Below are positions 1-33,600 of a stretch of 64,000 nucleotides of DNA, one piece after another. The stretch spans positions 186,001 to 250,000 of the forward strand of contig NW_019091356.1 of assembly GCF_001949145.1 (NCBI RefSeq), given 5' to 3'. Origin of the DNA: Acanthaster planci. Its lineage: Eukaryota. The translations under genes and the position numbers were made by a program. The notes below the pieces were generated by a model that worked only from the letters and a program-made list of their open reading frames with translations, was not told where the DNA came from and did no database searches. Within the stretch, counting starts at the first letter, position 1. Each line of letters opens with the position of its first letter.

Positions 1-195
1 AAGTGCAATGTGAAACATCAATGTCGTCAAAAATGAAAAACTAAAGAAAATGCAAGCTTAACAAAGGCTTGTTTTCATAGTTATTCAAATAAAATAAAGT
101 GCCAAAGTTGATGATGATCCCTTCATTAAAACAAAACAAAGAAAAAATAGCGTGAACCAGCGAAAAACAATAACAAAAAAACGTGCAGTGTGGAG

Positions 196-20067
<19,872 letters not shown>

Positions 20068-22519
20068 GGTGTACAGGGGAGGTGGAGGGTGATGAGGTAT
20101 AGCAGGGGTGGGTAGGATGGTCAGGGGGTATGAGGGAAATGGGACAAAGGTCGTCAGGTTGGCAGCGTCTTGGTACCCGGTAGTAGCAATCTTGCCTCCT
20201 TTCCTGGACTAACCTGCAAAGAGTGAAGGAGAAAGAGAACTCATGTCACCAATTCCACGTCAGTCCCAATCACTTGATCTTTCAAAGTCCAGTTAGTCAG
20301 GCTACAGATTACATGTACATGTAGTTACAGTCCATGCATTGACACAATAAATTCAATCAATCTTCTTGAGAATTTTAAATTCTGAATTCATCAAATGACA
20401 TTAGCCAATTTTTTTTTGGGGGGGGGACTGGCCGTGTCAAACCTGCAATTTGACACATCATCGCATTAATATACCGGTACATGTACTTTGCAACTGAGAT
20501 CCAAGTTAGATTTGAGAGTTTTGAATCTTTGAACACTGCTCTGACTTACTGCACACCATGCAAGTACATGTAATTTTACAATGTCAAGTCCAGACTGGGA
20601 AAATCTCTGTCAAGCACGAATTATGCACAAAAAATATAAAAGGAAGTAAAAGAATTTCAACTTCAATCCTGCATCTACATCTGAAGTAAGCAAGCCATTC
20701 TGTCAAAGATCATTTATTGTTGAGGAATTTTGTTTGGCAAGGATTAGCTATGCTTGCAGTATTTTGATAATAAAACAATGGTCTTTTTCCAACAGAATAA
20801 AACTAACTCAACTGTAATTTCACTGCTTTCACCCTTTTTGTCCCAACATCAAGCAACACATTCCACTTTGATTGAGAATTTTATGCAACAAAATTTGAGA
20901 GACAGGTAAGAAGCTGGTCATTTTCTTTTGATAGACCAGATTGTATCATTCTGACTCCATGCAGTTTCCATCATTAACATGCTGCATTGATTCACCAGAA
21001 AAACCCCAAACAAAAGTCCCCTACCAAAATAGACCCCTCGACCAGCATACAGGTACATGTACAAGTACACATATCTACTCCACAACTCTGACCATTGATC
21101 CTTAAAAGTACTTCACTTCTTCCTTCTACAAAAGGTTGAGTGAGTCTAACCTCCCCTTGATAGAATTAAGTGAAATGAAACTCTTGATTTGACTGGTGCA
21201 AAGTGAGCCCATGGGACTCTGCATTATGCATTTTAGATGGCCTTAATGGCAATTTACAACAATCTAGGACTTCTACAGCTTTGTATTTGTATCGATCAAT
21301 CAATAAATAAAGCACTAAAAGCCATTCAAGCTATAAATATGATCAAAAGAAGGCAGAAGACAAACTACAATAATAAATGAATCTCATAAGGGTTTCTTTC
21401 TGTTCTTGCTTAGATAGGATAAGAAAGGTCAACCGGCTTATTGCTTGGAGCAATGTGCATACGACGCAAGGCACTACAAGACAGGATTTCCGTTCCGAAA
21501 ATCAATTAGTTGGTAGGACGAATATATAGAATATATCTTGTGTGTTCCTTGCTTAAGTGCTCTGTCATACTCTAGGAAGATTGCTTCTGTAATCAAGTTA
21601 GGCTATCTGAATATGTTTGCTGACAAGATTGTGGGGAAAGTGATCTGTGTAATCAAATGGGTGTGTGCAGACAAGCTTCATACTCCAGGCTGTGTGTTGG
21701 AATTGACCGCCAAACAATAGTATAACCTGGCCTCAAATTTCTAATTCTAGACACGTTGACTGGGGAATACTCCTTCGAGCATTCTGGTCGGGACAATCTG
21801 TCTCGCAATGCCCTTGCTCAGCTGTACAGGCAAATTTATTAAAAACAATAAACCTTGTATTAATTTGGTTACCACAGATGAATTCATTTGGCTCACTGAA
21901 CCATTGAATTGTGCAGGGGCCCCCTCTCTAAGGACAGTCCCAATCCTAAATTGATAGCACAGATGGGTAGAGCCTTGCAGTCAACATGAAGAGCTTAACA
22001 ATCTAAAGACTCCAATCATGCGTATACTGTACGTCTTGTGTGTGCGTCACACTGTTCCCACCGTGATTTCAATTTGCATGCAGATTTGCTGGTGGGATAA
22101 ATCTTAAAAGGTTAAATCAGCATAGGCCGCCCAAAGCACATATTTCCAAGTGAATATTGCTGAATAACAAATCAATACTGCGTGATCATGGGTAGGAATA
22201 ATCATATATATCAATTAATTTAACCTTGGACAGCCTTGGGAAAGACAGGCAAACTGGGAGGGTTTTAAATAAAGTGTAGCCAAATTGTCATTAAAGAGAC
22301 AATGATTTCAACATGTATGCCTACCTTACAAGTACATGCACAAAGTATGCACGGTACTTACATGTTCACGCAATGCTAATGGCTTGAACCATATTATCAG
22401 ATAGAAAACCGGCTTCGAGCTTCCTTCAAATAGCAATTTTGCATAAATGCACGAACTTAAACCTTGTATTCATGACATGATTAATGTAATGCCAATATAC
22501 ATGAACTGGTATGAGTTTT

Positions 22520-22762
22520 GGGTAATTCCAGATATAAGGGGTCCAAAAGTGTGACATTTGCCTGTCCCTGTTACATCTGACCTTTGTTATTTGTCATTGA
22601 AATATCATCAGAATTGAATTCAAACTATTACAATTTGTTTGGCAGGTAATTTGCATTAATTAATCACTCTTGGAAATTGAAAAATGTGTTCTGAACTTAC
22701 CAAATCTTATGTCAGATATGACGAGGACAAAAAAAACGGACCCCTTATTTCTGGAATTACCC
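22520..22762. mobile_element. MITE with 25-bp TIRs (PIF/Harbinger-like GGG..CCC ends)
   Basis: GGGTAATTCCAGATATAAGGGGTCC / GGACCCCTTATTTCTGGAATTACCC match at 24 of 25 positions; TTT on both flanks. Confidence 0.85.
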
Positions 22763-25700
22763 TTTTACAAGTACATGTACATGTGCCAATAGGTTTGCTC
22801 CGCAGTGAGTGAAGAAAACAATGAGTTGATGTACATCTACATGTATATCACCATCACAACTATTCAGCATCATCCAATTTTCCCCTAGCTTTTCTTTAGA
22901 ATGTCAGACAGAAACAGGTCAATTTTGAGCCTTCAATTTGGTTCATAAACCAGAAAGAACACCTGTCCTCCCTGATATCTCATACATGTACTGAAAGAAG
23001 CACCACCAGTACATGTACATTAACAGGTACATGCAGGACCAGAGCTTGAACCCTGTCCCATCGTTACATTGTACATCCAACACAAGGTTTTCTTTGATTT
23101 TCTGACTAATGCCTCAGATCCCCAGAAGTGCATGTATCTCTTCACATGGAGCTTTGTGGCCTGCTTTTAAGTATAAAGAACTGTTCTTGGGTTGTGGTGC
23201 ATGTCTGTACTTTGCTAAGGGTGACAAGTTGGACATCCAGTTACCCCCAGGAAGTACTAGATCAAACATCATTTCGGATAGGGGAATTGGGTTTCATCAA
23301 TGTCAGCTTGACTTTTTCTAGGTATATGTACAGGTTCAAACAGGTTTTGTTTGGAAAGAATTTATAATATAATTTGGACAATCACAATTTCATCAATGCT
23401 ACAAGTACCGGTATGCACAACTACACAAGTGCATGTGCGAAGTGTCAATTTACCAAAATTGAAGGGAAATTAACATAGGGCTGAGAAACTGGTGTATACA
23501 GGCCGTGTACTTGACAGCATTCTAAGCCCCCTCCCCTGAACTTAGCACTACAGACACTGACAGGCTCTCTACATACACACGATCCATCTAATCACACAAT
23601 TTCTGAGCTTCCTTAATCCTCCTGCGATGTGCTGCCAACGGAATTCACCAGCAAACGGAGAGATTCAGCTGGAAAGGCCAATAATGCCCAGCCTGGACAA
23701 AATACGCAGGCACTTTGACTGGTTGCCATGGCAATACGTATCTGCCTCGGAGGCAGATTTCAGAAATGATGGCACTGGGTTTTCATTTGGTGGTGGAATA
23801 CTCTTGTCAAAACGTCACCTCTAAGCATCTATTCAGGCTGCACTGTCGCATAGTTTTGTACATGTTAAGTACACTGTACCAGAACACAGATTAACAAAGA
23901 TAAAGCCTGTGACTTATCCTTCAGGCACGTTACTCGTACACGTATGTACATGTATCAGTACATACATTTGTGTCAAAGTGTAGGGACACTCATCAATGCA
24001 TCCGTGTAGCATGTGTGAAATTGATGGGTTTTAATCAACACCACTGAATTAAAATTAACAATTCTGCTCACTACTCTCAGAAATGGAAACCTGCCCTCGT
24101 ATTGTACCAGAAAACAATCCCAGATCTTGATTGGATGTCCTTCACAGTACATGTATAATGTACATGCCCTATATACTAATATACACACATGAAAAAGTAA
24201 TTATTTTGTCAAATTCTACAGAAAGAATTCTATGAACTTACGTGAACTGAAAAATGCATTTTTAATGGTAATTTTTGTCACATGCCAGTTTCCTTTTTCT
24301 GAATAAGGGAAACATGGAACTGACAACAGGCAATGTACATTTTCTTATGTACATGTTACTCATTGCAAAACTAAAAATATGTGACAGAATGCCATATCTT
24401 TATCATCTCAAAGAATTACCTGTGAAGCAGTCTAAGCTTCCAAGTACATGGGCAAAGTATCAAAAGTTAACATACGTGTATTTAAAGGCTCACCCTAATA
24501 TTGGATTTACTTTGTGCTTGTACATGTACATGTATTTCTAATACCATTTATGAAAATGGGCGTCACAAAATTCATTGTCCCTCATTAAAGTGAAATTCAA
24601 AACTCAGGCAGCTCATCAGCCATTCTATGGTTCCTGAAAGGCTGCCACGCACTGTCACTTCTCCTAAGATGAGTTTTGACAAGCTTCTATTATCTTCTGG
24701 ATATCAAAAGGGCAGTGGATAAGGTGTGGGTGATTTCTTACCAGTACATTAGTGCATGGCACAAACACTTTGTGAAATTAAGTGGTGGGTACCAGTACTT
24801 GTACAAAAATTTCTTTAGCAGGCCTGTACATGCATTGTATACATGTAATTAGAAGTTCATGTACATATACATGTACATGTATGTGTACATCTGAACACTG
24901 TACATGTACATGTGCCTGTATATGAGTAAATGCACTTCAACATTTGCCGGTACACAGCAAAATTTCAACTGGTAGGCAAGCAGAAAACCTGCTTGTGCAC
25001 GTACATGTGCTCATAATACATGTAGCTTATGAACCTATTTGAGCTGACTGTATCAAAGAATCGTGAATCTCATTGTGAAAATGAAACTGTAACGACATGT
25101 AAAGCAACTGAAAGAGAAGTCCTACATGTATTTGGCACTTCATCAACAGCAGCAAACATAAACTAGAATACTTCCCTGGCTACATGTACATGTACCTCAC
25201 CATGCAAAATAAATTTTACTGCAAGGACAATTTGGAACAGTTTGTGAGGACTCTGAGTGACATCAGTGACATCAAGTATACATGTAAATAAGTACTAACT
25301 GTATGTAAAGTACATGTACATGTAAGTGTATAAATTAATACATATACGTGTGCATATATCATGCTGGTACATGTATATGTACACGTACGGTATACTAGTA
25401 CATGTACTCCATGTACTCCATATTTTTTATCACACATAACTTGATAATACATGTACAAATTTACAATGGACATGAACACTACCAGTAAAACAGCCCAGCT
25501 TCTTAACATGTACCTGAAGTTAAAGTATTATGTGAAGCTAATTCCACCCTACATGTACATGTATGGAACACCTGCTCCCTGCACACTGTAAAAAAGAAAT
25601 CCTTAGATCTGCAGTCTCATGTACCCTTGCTATATGATTTTGTACTACAATACAGCTGACCAACACAAACAGTCCCCCACCTGCAGTACCTTATGTTTGA

Positions 25701-26417
25701 CAATTGATAACTTTATACTCCTATATCTATTCAGAGTAAGATTAATGGTGTGTTGTGTCTACAGTAACAGCAATGACAGTGTACCCTTATTACAGCCGTC
25801 AAAATAGTCTGTACACCTGTCAATGGGTCCAAAGTAGAAAAGCAATGCACTCTGGAATTTCTCCAAGGATCTCAGTTACAGCTCGCTGAACATGTGGAAT
25901 TGTCCATGTATTAAGCAGATTTCAAGCACATTTTTTACATTGACGGAAAAAGAGACTAACTAGACATAGTTTAAATGGGATGGTTGCCATTAATTTAATA
26001 TAGTGCAAATATTCATACATATCTACGAGATACCTGTAGTTAACCCATTCTTAGAGGCTAAGGGCCTGCATGTGGCCGATCTTAAATGGTTGATACCGGT
26101 AAATACAGGTATACATGTACGTAATTTTTTAAATTCACAATTGTCAGGTTAAACTGGACTGCATATCCAGGTAACGGTAGTTGTCAATTAAGAAATATAT
26201 TGTTCAAGTGTAACCAAATTTCAAATTCCATTTTGTTTTTCTTGCTGAGCAATCTTCTGGATTATCCATGACAATCAGGACCAATGCTGATTTGTGTCAT
26301 TTGTGTAGAGGCAGAAACAAGGCATTTGATATTTGCCAGTAATATGAATAGAAAAATGGCACACATACATATGTATGGCTAAAGTTTATATACTGTACAA
26401 ATAATTCAGGAATGTAT

Positions 26418-26600
26418 GCTGAATACAGGCGATTCACAATAGCACACCCCCAAAAGTTTGCAACACGTTGGCGAATCACAATGCACAAAATCTGTCAACC
26501 CAATGCACGTTTAGAAAGGATCGACAAATTTCACACACTGTGATTGGCCAATTCGTTGCAAACTCTTGGGGCACGCTATTGTGAATTGCCCATATTCAAC
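26418..26600. mobile_element. Palindromic MITE with ~65-bp degenerate TIRs, possibly TA-flanked (Tc1/mariner-like)
   Basis: GAATACAGGCGATTCACAATAGCACACCCCCAAAAGTTTGCAAC pairs with GTTGCAAACTCTTGGGGCACGCTATTGTGAATTGCCCATATTC. Confidence 0.8.
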
Positions 26601-26824
26601 AAAAAAGGTACACGTACATGTACATGTTTTTTTAAAAAAATTTATGAACAGGAAGGACTAAGTGCTTTGCCAGTCTTAATAATCATTTAAGTCCAACTCA
26701 GGAGAATGGATGCTGAAAATATCCTGAACAAAATCAAAAGCATATATCCTTCATTTATAAACCATGCACATGTGTACATGCACATGTACATATAGATGTG
26801 CCAACAGTATCTGCCCTGTAATAA

Positions 26825-26870
26825 GTACACATGTACATGTACATGTATGTACATGTACATGTACGTGTAC
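26825..26870. repeat. (TACATG)n-type microsatellite; representative of a motif dispersed through the window
   Basis: 46 nt of uninterrupted purine/pyrimidine alternation; similar tracts near 12510, 24850, 30660 and 60005. Confidence 0.9.
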
Positions 26871-29800
26871 CTTGGGTCCGTGTGTAGAAGTACCGGTACA
26901 TGTACAATGTATGTATGAACCAGCAGACTAACCACATCCACCTTTCCACATTAGTTTTTAAATTGGATCATCCTCAAGTTTATAGATTCATGTAGCTGGC
27001 CTGTACCTGAGGCCAATGCAAATCTCCCCACGTATTTGTACATACATGTACATTGGTTACCAAAAATATAAAATGATCTCAAAGTGGCCTAGATAAATAC
27101 CACATGCTGCTTGAGCATGTACTTTTAAAATTCAATTTTTAGGCTAAACAAATCCCAAAGCGGGAATGAACTTGTCCAGTACCTCTGAACTCGAGCGTTG
27201 TTATTAAGAGGATCTAATTCAATTAGGGCACTTTCCCTGCATACCCAGCTAATCTTATCAAAACTGGTTGGGGGCAGCTTCATCAGATCCTCACCGAGGA
27301 TCAAATATGAAATTTCTTGTATTTATAAAACAGGTTTGAGTATTGAAAATACATGTCTAAAGGTACTAGAAGCTTTACTTTCAAGGCTTTGACTTTTTTT
27401 TTTCATTTTAATTTAAGGCAGTTTTTACTTTGTAGACCATAAATTGGTCAAACGAAGATAGGTATCACAAACTTGTAAAAGTTGAAAATTAGCAGTAACT
27501 TATTTAACCATTTACTATTTTTTAGTTTGGTAACTGCTTCATTTTTATTGTTTACAATTGAAAAGATGCACAAAGTGAAAAGCAAGACATAACAGTTGGA
27601 ATGTTTGTCTTCTATCTTTCCTAACCATACTGTTTAAAGAACAAATAGTTTTTGCTTCTTTATTTTCTTTTACATTTTATTTTCATTATTCTCAAAGTAC
27701 TATATCAATAAAACTTGTTTGGAAACTAAAATGCAGAAATCAACCATCAAAAAGCAAGCTTCAGACGTAATCCCTGCAAATCCTTTGAGCTGAAAAATAG
27801 ACATAAAATGAAGTGTTCATAATATACATGTATATGTACCTGTGCAGAGTTTTTCCTCAGTCTAGCCAACTCAGTTCCTTCGGAGGTTATACATCAAAGC
27901 ATTTGCTTCATTTCAATTCAAGAGTTAACCTGCAGATAATAAGAATAAATACACTGAAGATAAAAACATGATAAATGTATGCACTTCAAAACTGTAAGGA
28001 CTAACTAAGTAAATAGTGTGGTGTACATAGTACATCATACTGATAACACATACAGGCAAAGAAACATGTTTGAGTTTCAATGCAATTTTCTCTTGCTTTG
28101 CTCATATGGTAGGCGTACATAATGCATGGCATGCCTGTCAGGTTTTTGTGGGAAGTCAGAAAATGTGGCCGGTGAAGCTTAAGTAAACCTTTTAAAGTTC
28201 TGAAAATGGTCCAATATTGAAAAAATCTCAAAGCCTACACTGTACAAATAAACACAGTACACATGGAGAGTAAACAGGTACATGTATACGTGTAGCCAGG
28301 CAGTTTGACCTTTAACCTCACACCTCCCAAACAGAAGCAAGATTTAATGACAATGAACTGAAGCTAAAATTAAGGTTTCAAAATAACATCATAGGCTTGT
28401 TATTACTACGTGTATGACATACATGTATGTGAGTTTTTGAAGACCAATACTGTACATCCACATTTTAGTTTCAATCAACCTACCCTAGCAATCGCTCACC
28501 AGGAGAATGCTAGCATTAATAATTCAACTCTCATAGTGGAGAGAGGGATTAGTTCAGCGGAATTAGTGACAGGTGTTGATATTGATTACTGCATTCAGTT
28601 AAGTACAAACTAACCAACAAAGGACTCTTCATTTCCTCATCTTTATAGATACGTAGAAAGATTTTTAAATGTACAAGTAAAGCTTTATTGTAAGCATGCA
28701 ATGTATGTGTACAATGCATACTGTATTTTCATCTTCAACAACTCTACAGAAAGGCATAACTGTATTCAGTATCAAAATAAATTACTGTCAAGTCTGATAA
28801 GTTTCAGTCTATGGCTCTGAAGTAACAAAAATCCCCCTCTATCAATAATGTTTTCAAGTTGCAGCTAATTGTCTAAACTGGGTTGCTACATGTACATTTA
28901 CTTGTTCTGACACGTTGATAACATGTTGAACATGTAAAGTGTACATGTACGTGTTCATGTATGTGTATGTAATCACTCCTTATTTTTCCATTCATCTCTG
29001 ATGTTTAATTCTATTTTTTTCCTTTTTTTGTAGCTTACTGGACTTCTGCAGGTCATCACCAAGGCAACAGACCCAGACCACATATCAGGCTCAGGAGACA
29101 GATTCAGCAAATCATAATATCAACCAACCCGCTCACTACTCATAAGGTACAGTATTGCATTTAATAATCAGAAGAGATTACTACAAAGGCCACACATGTA
29201 GATCACTCTTCTATTCCACCCTCTCTCCTTCCCAGTGGTTAGACTTAGACATTAAACTTACTGGTAATTACTAGTGTAATGGATGCAAGGCATACATGTA
29301 CAAATCCTCGGAAGCCAAAACCTTAAACAGCAACTGCACACCAGTAAATGTTAACACCTAGGGAAAATATTTACATGTAAATGAGAAATAAAATGAAATA
29401 TATGTACATGTAACACAATATCCATGAACACTTAGTCTGAAAAAATTGAAAACTGAATAATACAGAGCACAACCACACTAATGGACAGCTGAATAATATT
29501 CTGAATAGGGCTTTCTGAGAGCTTCACATGAATAAGATACATGTATTCTCCCTGGTTGTTTACCTGAAAAACTTATAGGACCTACATATACATACGTGTA
29601 CATCTCTCTGAAAAGGCAAAAATTTGAATGTAAAGACACAGATTATTTTATGTTTTACACTGTCACAAGTCCTCTGAGATGGATCTTTTAAGTAGTACAC
29701 TGTATGTGAAAGTGTGAAAGTAACCTACCGGTATCACTATGACAGAGAATATTGCTCAATCACCATCTCTCTATTTTAGAATTTGTCCCACAAGTGTACA

Positions 29801-29918
29801 TGTGTTTTTTTTTTCATTTACAAAAGAAACAGTACATGTACATTACACGTACATTAAAACCCTAACTGCCAAACACAATGTTTGGCTTAAGAAAAGTCTC
29901 AGAACTACAAAATACTAA

Positions 29919-30178
29919 GTAGTAGCCTGAGCCTGAAGGACCTAGCGCTACAAATTACTACTTCTGGCTAGGTTACTTCCATTGTTACTTGTACAGAGAA
30001 CAACAAAGTCATGCATTCATAGTGCCACTGTAAGGAACATTGTCTTGTCTATTGTGTATCCTACGGCTTCAAAGAACAGTAAGGTCATGTCCTCTTACAA
30101 GCGACAGGGCTGAATCGTACATTTTACTACAACTAGTAATTTGAAGTAGTATGTACCTGTAGGCTTCGGGATAGCTAC
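29919..30178. mobile_element. Old degenerate inverted-repeat element
   Basis: GTAG..AGCCT..CAAATTACTA at left and TAGTAATTTG..AGGCT..CTAC at right. Confidence 0.4.
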
Positions 30179-30559
30179 ATGTTGCTGTATATATAGCAGC
30201 TTGTTGGAAAAAGTGACAATGAATGCCAAACTGATCTACATGTACACGTAGTTCTCCCTGTTGGCTTTAAATCTCACAAATAGCAGACATGTACTAATAT
30301 ACACCTATGTACTATGTACGTGTATGTACATGTACATATACTGCCAAGACTTTGTAAACTACACACACATGGATCCAATCTCACTAAAGCTCAGACTCAG
30401 AAGATACATGTACATGTATATGTACACATGTACCATAATTTATGCATTATAACCCAGATCTCTAACAAGCAACATGCTATAGTGCACATGTTGACGATAT
30501 GCTATATAAGCAACTACATGTGCATGTATGAATACTTATGGGGAGGGCCAATCAAGTTT

Positions 30560-30620
30560 CAATTGATCAACTCAGTGTGGATTCGAACCCAAGTCACAAC
30601 GATGCAAGTTGACAGAGTAA
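30560..30620 (-). mobile_element. Possible SINE head fragment
   Basis: Perfect B-box GGTTCGAATCC on the minus strand at 30579-30589; no cloverleaf seen. Confidence 0.3.
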
Positions 30621-33600
30621 GATACATGTACAATGTTCTAGTACAGGATAAAGGATGTTTTCGTACATGTACATGTATGTATATGTACATGTACATGCTG
30701 GCCATCCAATACTTTGAAGTGTGAAGCTAGACCATCAAATATTAATACAAGGTGGATGGAGGGATTTCAGTTTCTTAATTTCACACGGCCGACTCCTCCA
30801 GCCTCATTCAAATGTCAACACACAGAGTACTTTGTTTAACTGTTGTAAGAGCAAACCTGCCTGAATTTGCAGCCTCAATGACATGGCCACTCTCTATCTT
30901 CTTTGGTGCATTCATGCTGACAAAGTTGAAAATCCTCAAGACTTCAATCAAAATTTCATCAACAATTTTTTGTTTGCCCAAATCATACCTGAAGAAACAC
31001 AAATACCAGTAGCTTCAGGCAAACAGGTAAAGGCTTCTATTATTCTGAACCATTGTCCATTATTCCATGATGTAATTTGGTAGCACAGCTCGTCCATCTA
31101 ATCAAATTTCAGAATACACAACGGAACTGAGGGACAAGGCATAGTAAAATGTTCATTGCTGTCCACGGTTCTTGCCAGGAAAAATTTTCTCTTTGTACTA
31201 AACATGTGAGGGAAGGGTCTAACTGGGAACACAAGATGGGGGAATAGGAAGGGTTGCTAGGATGAAGAGTTCAGAACAGAGCCACAAGAAAGGATGACTG
31301 GTAGCACTGATGACAACAGGAGAAGCAGCATCTTTATACACAACAGGTCATAATCCACATATGTCAGACAGAATCAGAAAAACCTATTAAAGATCAACAA
31401 ATCCTACAAACCAATGTTCAAGTGCACAAATAACATTTGCCCAAGCACTGTGCATGTACACATACACTGGTGTATAACCAGCATCAAGCTTCCATAAAAT
31501 GAAGTGTTTACCTATCAATCGACACAGTTTCATATCCTAGACAAGAAAAAACTTAAATTGAGTTTTGTTTGCCCAGTCAATCCACATCCCATGGTGTACA
31601 TTATGTATTTGTACCAAATTGGTAAATTTCCACATGTACAGTATACAGCTTTATAAACTTACAAAGACTTTTTCACAAGTTTCACACCATGCACACAAGT
31701 ACTAGATCTGCTATAAGAATAATTATTTGGCAACCCACAAACTTGTACATGTAACTTCTTGTTACATGTACATGGAATGTAAAGTACATGTATATGTACA
31801 AATGTGACTGCAGCGAAATGTGTTTTACATGTACATACACTGTACAAGTACATGCACATACATGTACATGTATCTCTCAAGAACAAAACAGCAGAAGCAC
31901 AGTGCACAGTAACCCTGAATCCAGTATACATGTTCCGGTACCAGTACAGTCTCCATGTATGACTTTTGTTGACTATCTTACAGCATACACGCTCAAGAGA
32001 AGGACATCCAAAAGCATTTTATTATGGGAACGAAAGGTTAAGTTAGAATCTTCATAGAATTTTACAAGAGTTGACTGAGCAATGCCACTTTCTAAATTGT
32101 TCCAATGATACACAGAAATACAGTTGGTACAACTAAATACGTACCGGTAACATTTTGATGTAAAAGTGGAACAGATTTCTTCAGATACATGTACATGTAC
32201 AAGAGTCATCAACTTCCATACATGCATGGCTCAGTGCATGCATTGAGTAAGTAATCCTAAGGAATCTGAAGTGTTTCGCTGACATCCACCAATCAAAGGT
32301 ACGAGTACCAAGGCTGAGGCACAGACCCAAGAAATGAAAGAATGCATCAGTCACAGTGAGCGGTCGATTGACCTGGATGTATGTAGACCTGCCACCGAAA
32401 TGGCACGCACTCAGCAGCTGGGTTATTTTTACCAGGAGAAGATGCTGGACTGAAGCCACAACAACTGCGTATCTTACATGTAAATGGAATCCTAATACAC
32501 TAAAGTACATGTACGTATATATATGCATGGGAACGGAATCTACACATACATGTATGTACGTGTAGGAACATGTTTGTATGATGCAACTGTAAAAAGCCAT
32601 TATCCATCTCCTTCCTCTTAGCACTGCGAGGACACTGTTTTAAAAAGGTGAAATCACTGCATTTGTCAATCAAATTTGGATTCATTACTTGCACTGCTCA
32701 TTTGAAAGGGTCACAACATTTACATCACACTTCAATACAGTATGTCCCTTTAATACAATGCAATATATTATAGACACTGCCAATACTGTGCAAGTCCACA
32801 AAGTTAATGCTAATTTACATGTACACAAATACTAATATACATGTATGTACATGCACCATTGTAATGATAATGAAGACTTGTACATACATGTACATGTGCA
32901 ATCTTATTGTGCACCTGGGAATTTCTTTATGATGAAATTTCAAGCTGCATGATCGATGTATTTGTGTACTTTCCTTCCCATTTTTATTTTTTTGACTTCA
33001 TTTTTTAAAGCTACATGTAAATTTTCTTGTGACGGCACATAAGTCTCATTTTAGAGATCAACTGTTTGAAAGTTTAATTAAGGCCTGTGGGGTATTAATT
33101 GGTTGTTTAGGCTCTTTTTCAGATTGCTTTGAAGTTATGTGAATAATTTATGTCAACATTGATTTATTAAGATTAGAATTTTATGTTTTCATTTTCAGTA
33201 GTTGTTTAACTGCCTCAAAACATCTTTTAAATGAATACAACACTTTATAAATTCTGCATTATTATTTACAATGCAATGGAAATGATAGCTTTATAAAGAA
33301 CAAAAAACAAAGAAAACTGGCTGATCCAATGAAAGTGTATCACAAATGAGCACTTTTTTAAGCTTCTGTTTTACGAAACTTTTTGCAAACTCAGTGGATA
33401 ACTGTGAGGTTCCATGATGCATTATTCAAATAGCATTAAGGCCAGTACATGTAGCGGTCAAGATATCACTATTCCTAGAAAGATTGAAGTTTGATAACAC
33501 AGATGCCATTCCTAGACAACATCTATCATAGCATCCCTATTCCTAGACAACATCAACATGTAGGCCCTACATTACCATGGCATACATGTATCCCCGCAAA

